Assembly (NCBI GenBank): GCA_035553335.1
Contig: DATNCZ010000305.1
Location: forward strand, 1 to 47,486
DNA from: Gemmatimonadaceae bacterium
Lineage (GTDB): Bacteria > Gemmatimonadota > Gemmatimonadetes > Gemmatimonadales > Gemmatimonadaceae
Direction: 5' to 3'
Length of the DNA: 47,486 nucleotides
The number at the start of each line of letters is the position of its first letter. The stretch's first letter is position 1. The notes under the pieces are model-generated. The model saw only the letters and a program-made list of their open reading frames with translations. It searched no databases and was not told the origin of the DNA. Positions 1 through 8,003 of this stretch are shown here, piece after piece. The translations under genes were made by a program, and so were the position numbers.

Positions 1-1019
1 CCGAGCGCCCTCACCTGTGATTCGAAAGCCTGCACCGAAGCCGGATCGAGTCCGAGCGTGGACAACGTTGCCGGTGACGACGCACGCAGTGATTGCACCG
101 GATCGCTGCGCCTCCGCAGTTGCGCGGATCCGAAGATGAACATCTTGTCCTTGATGATCGGGCCGCCAAGTCCAGCGCTTATCTGATCCTGCAGATACGT
201 CGGCGAAACTGCAGCGCTGTCCGCTCCTTCGAATTCGAGCACCGGATCTCGCCGGGAGTAAGTGAATCCGCCCGTGAGCTCGTTCGTTCCACCGCGCGTC
301 GTGGACGCGATCTCGCCGCCGCTGAACTGACCTTTGGACGGATCGTATGTATTCGTCACCACGCGCGTGCTGCGCAACCCTTCCGCGGGGACGGAGAAGC
401 TCCCGAACGAGAGCCCATCGAGTGTCGTGTTGTTGAGCGTCGATCGTTGACCAGCGACGGAGAAAGCAGCCGCTGTTGTGTCATTACCGGCGATTCCAAC
501 CACGCCTGGCGCCATCGCCGCGATCGCCGAGATGTCGCTCATGTCGACAGGTAGTCGCTCGAGCTGATCGGATGAGAGCGTGCGTCCGCTTTCGCCGGGT
601 GTGGGCGGCGCCCCACGCTCGCGTCCACCGTTGCGCGCTGTCACTGTGACCGTGGATAGCTTCGCTGCGACCTGCGTACCGATCTGAACGTCGGTCACGA
701 GCCGATCCTCGTCGCCCTGGCGCGCTACGTTGCGCGAAATCGGGGCGAATCCTATAGCACGAAACTCGATGCGGTACTGGCCGCCGCCATCGGGAAAGAG
801 AATCGTGTATCGCCCGTCAGCGTCGGTGCGCTTGGTGCGCGTGATTCCACTCTCCGCGGACTTCACAGCCACGGTCACGTTCTCGAGTGGCTTTCCGTCG
901 GGGCCAAGCACGCGACCGGTCACGATGTCGGTCGTGCTACCGATCTGCGCCTGCGCCGGACGGGAATTGATCCCGATACCGAGCAGCAGAGCGACGAACA
1001 GAACTAACGACTTGCGCAT
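1..1019 (-). CDS. TonB-dependent receptor-like outer membrane protein, N-terminal part (CarboxypepD_reg-like domain plus plug); the gene runs off the left edge of the window
   Basis: I translated the minus strand by hand from the ATG at 1019. It reads MRKSLVLFVALLLGIGINSRPAQAQ (signal peptide), then DIVTGRVLGPDGKPLENVTVAVKS...TDADGRYTILFPDGGGQYRIEFRAIGF (carboxypeptidase-regulatory-like fold), then TLSSDQLERLPVDMSDISAIAAMAPGVV (plug-like). I saw no stop codon before the window edge. It is absent from the ORF track only because its stop lies outside the window. Confidence 0.65.
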   Translation of the reverse strand, partial: MRKSLVLFVALLLGIGINSRPAQAQIGSTTDIVTGRVLGPDGKPLENVTVAVKSAESGITRTKRTDADGRYTILFPDGGGQYRIEFRAIGFAPISRNVARQGDEDRLVTDVQIGTQVAAKLSTVTVTARNGGRERGAPPTPGESGRTLSSDQLERLPVDMSDISAIAAMAPGVVGIAGNDTTAAAFSVAGQRSTLNNTTLDGLSFGSFSVPAEGLRSTRVVTNTYDPSKGQFSGGEIASTTRGGTNELTGGFTYSRRDPVLEFEGADSAAVSPTYLQDQISAGLGGPIIKDKMFIFGSAQLRRRSDPVQSLRASSPATLSTLGLDPASVQAFESQVRAL

Positions 1020-1052
1020 GACCGCATTTCCCGCCCCGCAGGGCGGGGCAAT

Positions 1053-1652
1053 CTAGGTGTGTCGCGTCGCTCCGCCGAAGTGATAGCGAACGCGCAATCT
1101 TTGCATCAGCTCTACCAGTCGGACCAGCGACAGACCCATCACCGCGAAATAGTCGCCGTCAATGCGTCGTACGATCGTTGCACCGTAACCCTGAATACCG
1201 TACGATCCCGCCTTGTCCATCGGCTCGCCGGTCGCGATGTATTCGCGAATCTCATCGCTCGACAAGCTTCGGAACGTCACCGACACATCATCTACGGAAG
1301 ACTCCAATTCACCGTTGAACGAGCACGCCATTCCCGTCAGTACGGTGTGAGTTGCACCGCTCAGATCCGAAAGCATCCTGCACGCGTCGTCTTCCGTACG
1401 CGGCTTACCCATCACCCTTCCATCCAGAACCACAATCGTATCCGCGGCTATGACCAACGCGCCGGGATGCCTCGCCGCGATCTTGGACGCCTTCTGCCGC
1501 GCAAGACGCTCGACGTGCGCCGCCGGCCGTTCGCCGCCGTGCATCGATTCATCGATGTCGGCAGGATCGACCGTATGCTGAATGCCAATCAGTTCCAACA
1601 GCTCGCGTCGGCGCGGTGACGCAGACGCGAGAACGAAGCGGGGCTCATTCAT
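1053..1652 (-). CDS. maf: Maf-like nucleoside triphosphate pyrophosphatase (septum formation protein Maf)
   Basis: 199 aa. The N-terminus FVLASASPRRRELLELIGI and the C-terminal DKAGSYGIQG motif are typical of the Maf family. The start abuts the stop of the upstream amidohydrolase (1652/1653). Confidence 0.85.
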   Translation of the reverse strand: MNEPRFVLASASPRRRELLELIGIQHTVDPADIDESMHGGERPAAHVERLARQKASKIAARHPGALVIAADTIVVLDGRVMGKPRTEDDACRMLSDLSGATHTVLTGMACSFNGELESSVDDVSVTFRSLSSDEIREYIATGEPMDKAGSYGIQGYGATIVRRIDGDYFAVMGLSLVRLVELMQRLRVRYHFGGATRHT

Positions 1653-3107
1653 CTAGAAAAGCCCCACTTGTCCTTTTACCGACGCGATCAATTTGGCCGG
1701 GTCGTATCCGACGCCCTGCCTGAAAACCAATTCGACCTTTCTGATGTCAGAGACGTTCGTGGCCGGGTCGCCGTTAATGACGACCAGATCCGCCTGCTTG
1801 CCCGTGGCGATCGAACCGATCTCGCTCGCTCGCCCCAGATAGGTTGCGCCGTTCAGTGTGCAGATCTTTATGGCTTCGAGAGGCGTGAACCCGCTTCCCA
1901 CGAGCAGCTCGACCTCCCGCTGGTCCGAGTAGCCGGGAATGACCCCGCCCGCTCCCGTCGGGTCCGTGCCCGCTATCAACAGACCGCCCGCCCGCGCGAA
2001 CTGAAGCTCCATCGCACGATCCTTCGCAAACAGTGTCGAATAGATGGAATGCTCGTTCCCCTGCACCGTCGCGTAGAACTTCTCGAATCGCTGCTTGAGT
2101 ATTGGGTCCAATACATCCAGACCGGGCGGCATCGGCTGGCCGGGAGTGAACGTCTCGAATACCGTCAGTGTGGACGTTATCGCAACGTGATGCGCGATCA
2201 GATCGGCGATCAACGACTTGAATTCCGCGCCGTTCGGATCGACAGCGGCCATCGATGCCATTCCGGCGGCCTGTCCGGGGCAGACGTCCGGCTTCTTGGA
2301 CGTATCAAAATCCGTTGATACAAAGAAGCCGTGCTCCAGATCGTCGATCCCTGCCGCAATCGCTTCGCGGTAAGTCACTGAGCAGAGATGTCCGGTGATC
2401 TTGAACCCGCGCTTGTGCACTTCGTCGACCGCGGCCGCAAGCTCTGCGCGCGTGATGTTCATGTACGCCTTGAACGACGTCGCCCCGGCGTCGGCCCAGA
2501 AATCCACCATGCGCCTCGCGTCGCTCGCATCCTTGAGCTCGTACATCTGGCCGATGCCGAGCCCGGGCCCCTGCAGATACGGCGCGCTCGCATCGATCCA
2601 CGGACCAGGTTTGTCTCCGTTCCTTATCGCGCGCGCAATGTTGATCTCGCCATAGCCGTTCACGTTGCCGCCAGTGCGCATCGACGTCACACCGCCGGCG
2701 AGATACAGACGCGTGAAGCTCTCCGCCACATTGCCGTACACACCCGGGCCCGTCGGATAGAACAGATGCTCGTGCATCATCACGAGCCCGGGAATCACCG
2801 ACTTTCCCGTAAGATCCAGCACCTGCGCGTTCGCCGGCGGCTTGATCTCCGCGCTGTTCCCCAGCTCGGCGATCTTCCCATCACGCAGAATCAGCGTCTG
2901 ATCGACACGCGGTTGTGCGCCAGTTCCGTCGATCACGCGCACGTGAGTCAGCGCAACTACTGATGTGTCGACCGTAACGTACTGCCGCACGTTGCGTGAC
3001 AGCACGGGGCGCTGCGCAGCCATGACGTTCGGCGCAGCGATGATCGGCGCCGCCAGCGCCAGCACCAGCGCGCACGTCGCCATCGGAGGAAGTTTCGAAG
3101 TCTTCAT
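1653..3107 (-). CDS. Secreted metal-dependent amidohydrolase family protein
   Basis: 484 aa. Signal peptide MKTSKLPPMATCALVLALAAPIIAAP. Contains the VIPGLVMMHEHL metal-binding HxH motif and the C-terminal GSIATGKQADLVVI motif typical of the amidohydrolase superfamily. Confidence 0.8.
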   Translation of the reverse strand: MKTSKLPPMATCALVLALAAPIIAAPNVMAAQRPVLSRNVRQYVTVDTSVVALTHVRVIDGTGAQPRVDQTLILRDGKIAELGNSAEIKPPANAQVLDLTGKSVIPGLVMMHEHLFYPTGPGVYGNVAESFTRLYLAGGVTSMRTGGNVNGYGEINIARAIRNGDKPGPWIDASAPYLQGPGLGIGQMYELKDASDARRMVDFWADAGATSFKAYMNITRAELAAAVDEVHKRGFKITGHLCSVTYREAIAAGIDDLEHGFFVSTDFDTSKKPDVCPGQAAGMASMAAVDPNGAEFKSLIADLIAHHVAITSTLTVFETFTPGQPMPPGLDVLDPILKQRFEKFYATVQGNEHSIYSTLFAKDRAMELQFARAGGLLIAGTDPTGAGGVIPGYSDQREVELLVGSGFTPLEAIKICTLNGATYLGRASEIGSIATGKQADLVVINGDPATNVSDIRKVELVFRQGVGYDPAKLIASVKGQVGLF

Positions 3108-3198
3108 GCAGGGACATTACGCTGTCACATGACCGGCGTCCACCGGCTCGCCGCTCCGCAACGACCCTACGGTGGGTCGACCGCCTCCGTGTGCCTCG

Positions 3199-3654
3199 CT
3201 ACTCGGCTACAACCGCAGACCGCTCCAGCACCAACGTCACCGGGCCGTCGTTCACCAGCTCGACCTGCATGTCGGCACCGAACTCGCCCGCCGCTACGGG
3301 AAGGCCGCTGTTGGCCAGCGTGACGAGGAATTCCTGATACAACGGAATCGCGACCTCGGGCCGCGCCGCGTCCACGAACGATGGCCGGCGGCCCTTTCGA
3401 GCATCACCGTACAGCGTGAACTGCGACACGACCAGAATCGACCCGCCAACGTCCGTGACCGACCGGTTCATCTTCCCCGCATCGTCCCCGAAGATGCGAA
3501 GGCCGAGCAGCTTCTCGGCCATCCAGTCGACCTCGCGGCTCGCGTCGTCGTGCGTGAAGCCGACAAGGAGCATTAGTCCGGTGCCGATCTCTCCCACCAC
3601 CCTGCCGCCCACGCGCACCGAGGCGCGCGACACCCTCTGAACGACCACTCGCAT
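3199..3654 (-). CDS. dtd: D-aminoacyl-tRNA deacylase
   Basis: 151 aa. MRVVVQRVSRASVRV...SQFTLYGD...GRRPSF...NDGPVT are hallmark Dtd motifs. Confidence 0.9.
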   Translation of the reverse strand: MRVVVQRVSRASVRVGGRVVGEIGTGLMLLVGFTHDDASREVDWMAEKLLGLRIFGDDAGKMNRSVTDVGGSILVVSQFTLYGDARKGRRPSFVDAARPEVAIPLYQEFLVTLANSGLPVAAGEFGADMQVELVNDGPVTLVLERSAVVAE

Positions 3655-3797
3655 CGGTCAAATCTGGCCGGTCGTGGTCAACCGCGGCAATGGGCCTGCG
3701 ATCCGCGACACTTCTTCTACATTACGAGAGAGACAATACTGAACGTCAGAGCTTTGAACCGTGCCTCGCGGCTGGCCGCATCTCAACCCCGAATGTC

Positions 3798-4118
3798 ATG
3801 ACAACGCCACCCATTGCCTGCACGCTCGCCTCGGAAGACTATGCGAACAGATTGGCCTGGATCGGCAGACTGAATAGAGAGTCGTTGCGCTCCCATCGTC
3901 TGGACGGTGTGAGCTTGGAATTGGTGTACGATCGCACTGCCATCGACCAGGTCCGCGAGCTGGTGAAGCGAGAGGAGAGCTGTTGCTCGTTTCTGCGCTT
4001 CAGCATGAATGAGACTGGACACGCGATTCATTTGCGTATCGAGGCCCCGGCCGAAGCCTGCGACTCGACAGGTACAGTGACGAGTGCGGTATTCGCGCCT
4101 TTTCTGGCCGGTTCTTGA
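3798..4118 (+). CDS. Small conserved-looking hypothetical protein with an N-terminal Cys and a vicinal Cys pair (Cys8, Cys62-Cys63, Cys88, numbered from the ATG at 3798)
   Basis: This is ORF 3690..4118, which I trimmed to the internal ATG at 3798 (MTTPPIACTL...EESCCSFLRF...). No Shine-Dalgarno sequence is visible at either candidate start, so the start is uncertain. It lies directly upstream of ACR3. Confidence 0.45.
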   Translation: MTTPPIACTLASEDYANRLAWIGRLNRESLRSHRLDGVSLELVYDRTAIDQVRELVKREESCCSFLRFSMNETGHAIHLRIEAPAEACDSTGTVTSAVFAPFLAGS

Positions 4119-4143
4119 CACATCAACATTTCTTGATGTATCA
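4116..4143 (+). promoter_or_regulatory. Inverted repeat (candidate operator) between the stop of the Cys-rich ORF and the ACR3 start
   Basis: ACATCAA-N6-TTGATGT is a perfect repeat at 4120..4139. It extends to TGAcACATCAA/TTGATGTaTCA, giving 11-bp arms with one mismatch. It sits in an AT-enriched stretch about 60 nt upstream of the ACR3 ATG. Confidence 0.3.
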
Positions 4144-4200
4144 TTCGGAGCTCGACGTGTCGTCCCGCTCTTTTTTTGCACGATATATCAACCAAACTTG

Positions 4201-5301
4201 ATGGAAGCAAATACCTTGGGCTGGGCGCCGACTTCCGCCATGGATGCGCCCGTCCTCCGGCGCCTGTCCCGACTGGATCGCTTCCTCCCGCTGTGGATAT
4301 TCGCGGCGATGGCGAGCGGTATCGCGCTCGGGCGGGCGTTTCCGGGATTGGGCGCGCTGCTCGACCGCGTGCAGGTGGCCGGCGTATCGGTGCCGATCGG
4401 AATCGGACTGCTGTGGATGATGTATCCGGTGCTCGCCAAGGTGCGCTACGAGAGCATCGGTGCGCACGTGGCCGATCGCAAACTGCTGGGCACGTCGCTC
4501 GTTCTCAACTGGGTGATCGGCCCCGTCGTCATGTTCGCGCTGGCGTGGTTGTTACTTCCGGATCTGCCGCATTATCGCGACGGACTGGTTCTGATCGGGC
4601 TCGCACGGTGCATCGCGATGGTCCTGATCTGGAACTCTCTCGCGTGCGGTTCGGCGGAACTCGCCGCCGTCCTCGTCGCACTCAACTCCGTCTTCCAGAT
4701 TCTCACCTACTCTTTTCTGGGATGGCTCTTTCTCACGGTCGTCCCGCACTGGATGGGAGCTGACACGACTGCGCTTCACGTGTCGATGTGGCAGATCGCG
4801 AAGAGTGTTCTGATCTTCCTCGGAATTCCACTCCTCGCCGGGTATCTCACACGCCGGACGATGGTGGCGAAACGCGGCGAAACATGGTACAACGAGAGCT
4901 TCGTTCCGCGCATCGGTCCGACTGCACTGCTGGGGTTGCTGTACACCATCGTGCTGATGTTCGCGATGCAGGGAACGCGCATCCTTCAGCTTCCAGTGGA
5001 CGTCCTGAGAATCGCGATTCCGCTGGTAGTGTATTTCTTCATAATGTTCGGGCTTGCCTTCGTGCTCTCGATGAAGCTCGGCTTCAACTACGCCGAAACG
5101 GCGTCTCTCTCCTTCACCGCGGCTGGCAACAACTTCGAGCTTGCGATAGCCGTGGCTATCGCAACATTCGGCATTGCCTCCGGCGAAGCGCTTGCCGCAG
5201 TGGTGGGGCCACTGATCGAAGTGCCTGCACTCGTCGGTCTGGTTTACGTGTCGCTCTGGGCGGGAAGGCGCTATTTCCAGACGCCGCCCGCAACGACGTA
5301 G
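4201..5301 (+). CDS. acr3: ACR3-family arsenite efflux transporter
   Basis: LSRLDRFLPLWIFAAMASGIALG, VSVPIGIGLLWMMYPVLAKVRYE, ARCIAMVLIWN and PLIEVPALVGLV are characteristic of ACR3 (bile/arsenite/riboflavin transporter superfamily). I trimmed the start to the ATG at 4201; the ATG at 4240 is an alternative. Confidence 0.85.
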   Translation: MEANTLGWAPTSAMDAPVLRRLSRLDRFLPLWIFAAMASGIALGRAFPGLGALLDRVQVAGVSVPIGIGLLWMMYPVLAKVRYESIGAHVADRKLLGTSLVLNWVIGPVVMFALAWLLLPDLPHYRDGLVLIGLARCIAMVLIWNSLACGSAELAAVLVALNSVFQILTYSFLGWLFLTVVPHWMGADTTALHVSMWQIAKSVLIFLGIPLLAGYLTRRTMVAKRGETWYNESFVPRIGPTALLGLLYTIVLMFAMQGTRILQLPVDVLRIAIPLVVYFFIMFGLAFVLSMKLGFNYAETASLSFTAAGNNFELAIAVAIATFGIASGEALAAVVGPLIEVPALVGLVYVSLWAGRRYFQTPPATT

Positions 5302-5313
5302 AGACGACGAATC

Positions 5314-6093
5314 ATGCGTTACGCGCTCATTTCAGACATCCACGGGAACCGGCCGGCGCTCGAATCCGTGCTCGCCAGCATTCGCACGCGCGATGTCGAC
5401 AGCACGTACCACCTTGGCGACCTCGTTGGATACGCGCCGTGGCCAAACGAAGTCTGCGAGATCATCGCCCGCGAGGGAATTCCCGGCGTCGCCGGCAATT
5501 ACGACTCGACAGTCGCAAATGACTACGCGCACTGCGGCTGCCGGGCCGAGGACCCGCATCAGGAAGAGCTTGCGCACCAGAGTTACGAATGGACGCGGGA
5601 GCACGTCAACGCAACCACCAGGGCATTTCTTCGCGCGCTTCCCTTCCGCATCGACATTCGTCCAGCTGGAGGACATGTCGCTGGTCCGACCGTGACGCTG
5701 GTGCACGCAACACCGCTCAACAACCTGATCTACGTCGATGAGAGCCGGCCGGACGCGTTCCTGACGAAGATGGCAGAGGTGGCCAAACTCAAGAGGGGCG
5801 ATGTGCTTGCGTTTGGGCACACACACAAGCCGTGGCGCCGGACGGTGGGAGGAATGCATTTCATCAATACGGGAAGCGTCGGACGGCCGAAGGATGGTGA
5901 CTGGCGAGCCGCCTACGTTCTGCTCGACGTCGCCGCGACGACGGCGCGAGCGGAGGTAGTGCGCGTCGAATACGATGTAGACGAGGCGATGCGCGGCATC
6001 CGCGACAGCATGCTTCCTTCGGAGTTTGCAGCATTCCTCGAGACGGGCGGTAACCCGCTCGCGACTACGACTCCCCGCCCCGACGACTCATGA
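5314..6093 (+). CDS. Metallophosphoesterase (YfcE/MJ0936-like calcineurin-fold phosphoesterase)
   Basis: 259 aa. Contains the metallophosphoesterase signature blocks ISDIHGN, HLGDLVGY, GNYD, GHTH and NTGSVG. It starts 12 nt after the ACR3 stop. Confidence 0.8.
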   Translation: MRYALISDIHGNRPALESVLASIRTRDVDSTYHLGDLVGYAPWPNEVCEIIAREGIPGVAGNYDSTVANDYAHCGCRAEDPHQEELAHQSYEWTREHVNATTRAFLRALPFRIDIRPAGGHVAGPTVTLVHATPLNNLIYVDESRPDAFLTKMAEVAKLKRGDVLAFGHTHKPWRRTVGGMHFINTGSVGRPKDGDWRAAYVLLDVAATTARAEVVRVEYDVDEAMRGIRDSMLPSEFAAFLETGGNPLATTTPRPDDS

Positions 6094-7880
6094 AACTTCT
6101 CGCCAAGTACCTCAAGCGCTACTGGCGCTTGGTCCTGCTGGCGCTGCTTCTCGCGGCCATCAACCAGGTGTTCTCGCTGCTCGACCCGTTGATCTTCCGG
6201 TATGTAATCGACAACTACGCAACGAAATTCCGCCAGTACAGCACGATGCAATTCGTGCGGGGGGTGTCGATCCTGCTGGCAGCGGCGGTCGGCGTGGCGT
6301 TCGTGTCACGCGTAGCCAAGGCATTCCAGGATTATTTCGTCAACGTAGTTACGCAACGCGTCGGCGTCGATCTCTATTCCGACGGAATTCGATACTCGCT
6401 CGAGTTGCCATACTCGCTCTTCGAGGATCAACGCAGCGGTGAGACGCTCGGAAAGATCCAGCAGGCGCGACTCGACGCGCAGCGGTTCATAACGGCAGCC
6501 GTGAACGTTCTCTTTACGACGATCGTTGGCGTCGTCTTCGTGATGGTGTATGCGTACAAGGTTCACTGGTCCATCGCACCGGCGTTTCTGCTCACGGTTC
6601 CACTGCTTGGCCTGCTCAGCTCGGTGCTGAGCCGTAGAATCAAGCGCGTGCAGGAAGTGATCGTCGCCGAGACGACCGCGCTCGCGGGCGCAACGACTGA
6701 ATCGCTTCGGAACATCGAGCTGGTCAAGAGCCTCGGTCTCACGGAGCAGGAGGTTACGCGCCTCAATTCGACGACCGAGAAGATCCTCAAGCTCGAGTTG
6801 AAGAAGGTGCGCTATCTCCGCAGTCTCAGCTTCATTCAGGGAACGTGCGTGAATCTGCTGCGAACGTCGATCCTGTTCCTGATGCTGTACCTCATCTTTG
6901 CACAACAGATATCCGTCGGCCAGTTCTTCGCGCTGCTAATCTACTCGTTCTTCATATTCGGCCCCTTGCAGGAGCTGGGGAACGTCATCAATACCTACCG
7001 CGAGACCGAAGCGTCCATGGCGAATCTCGAAACGGTATTCGCGATACCGCCGGATCCGCGGCCGGCGCATCCGGTGGAGATCGGCCCGCTCACCAGTCTT
7101 GCATTCGATCACGTAACCTTCCAGCATCGCTCGGCCAATACGCCAGCCCTTGTCGACGTCTCGTTCCAGACGGAGCGCGGACAGACCATTGCGTTCGTCG
7201 GTCCGTCCGGCGCGGGGAAGTCCACGCTCGTGAAGCTTCTCCTCGGCCTTTATCATCCGCTGGAAGGTCGGATACTATATAACGGCACATCGGGCACCGA
7301 GGTCGAGCTGGATGCACTGCGAACGCGCATCGGACTCGTGGCGCAGGATGCACAGCTGTTTTCCGGGACGATCGCCGAGAATCTGCGATTCGTGAGACCC
7401 GACGCTACCGACGCCGATTGCATGCGAGTGCTGCACGAGGCCGCTGCGGACAGCCTGCTCGCGCGCGCAGACAAGGGCCTCGACACGATGATCGGCGAAG
7501 GAGGCGTGAAGGTGTCGGGCGGGGAGCGCCAGCGGCTCGCCATTGCGCGCGCGCTGCTGCGACGACCATCGCTGCTCATCTTCGATGAAGCGACGTCGGC
7601 GCTCGACTCGATCACCGAAGAAGAGGTGAGCCGCACGATCCGCGACGTCGCGACGCGGCGCGAGACGATCGCCATACTCATCGCGCACAGGCTGTCCACG
7701 ATCATGCACGCGGATACGATCTACGTGCTCGAGCGGGGGCGTATCGTCGAGTCGGGACGGCATGCCGAGCTGCTGGAGCAGAAGGGATTGTACCACGCGA
7801 TGTGGCGCCAGCAGGTCGGAGAGCGGCGATGGCCTTCGGGTACGGCCGCGCCGCACCTCCAGCCCGCACTGACCCCGTAG
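6090..7880 (+). CDS. ABC exporter, fused permease and ATPase (MsbA/multidrug-type half transporter)
   Basis: 596 aa. The N-terminal half is a six-helix-type membrane domain. Walker A is GPSGAGKST, the ABC signature is VSGGERQRLAIARA and Walker B is LLIFDEATSALD. The start overlaps the upstream stop (ATGA at 6090). Confidence 0.85.
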   Translation: MKLLAKYLKRYWRLVLLALLLAAINQVFSLLDPLIFRYVIDNYATKFRQYSTMQFVRGVSILLAAAVGVAFVSRVAKAFQDYFVNVVTQRVGVDLYSDGIRYSLELPYSLFEDQRSGETLGKIQQARLDAQRFITAAVNVLFTTIVGVVFVMVYAYKVHWSIAPAFLLTVPLLGLLSSVLSRRIKRVQEVIVAETTALAGATTESLRNIELVKSLGLTEQEVTRLNSTTEKILKLELKKVRYLRSLSFIQGTCVNLLRTSILFLMLYLIFAQQISVGQFFALLIYSFFIFGPLQELGNVINTYRETEASMANLETVFAIPPDPRPAHPVEIGPLTSLAFDHVTFQHRSANTPALVDVSFQTERGQTIAFVGPSGAGKSTLVKLLLGLYHPLEGRILYNGTSGTEVELDALRTRIGLVAQDAQLFSGTIAENLRFVRPDATDADCMRVLHEAAADSLLARADKGLDTMIGEGGVKVSGGERQRLAIARALLRRPSLLIFDEATSALDSITEEEVSRTIRDVATRRETIAILIAHRLSTIMHADTIYVLERGRIVESGRHAELLEQKGLYHAMWRQQVGERRWPSGTAAPHLQPALTP

Positions 7881-7945
7881 CGGCGTTGCAGGCGGGCCCC
7901 CGCGCGGGTTGATTCCAGCTGTGTAACATGCAGGTTACTCCGCGC

Positions 7946-7973
7946 TTGACATGCCATTGCGGGGCCCTAGCTT
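7946..7973 (+). promoter_or_regulatory. Candidate sigma70-type promoter for the cupredoxin-like lipoprotein gene
   Basis: TTGACA at 7946..7951, a 16-nt spacer, then TAGCTT at 7968..7973. A GGAGAGGA ribosome-binding site follows just before the ATG at 8004. This is sequence resemblance only. Confidence 0.3.
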
Positions 7974-8003
7974 GTCCACCAAGTCCACAATGGAGAGGAA
8001 ATC

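Noticed and set aside
730-1056. A 108-aa plus-strand ORF, and ORF 93..554, at the left edge of the window.
   Set aside because: Both are antisense to the hand-translated TonB-receptor-like gene, which has a clear signal peptide plus CarboxypepD_reg and plug motifs. The track start at 730 is TTG with no ribosome-binding site.
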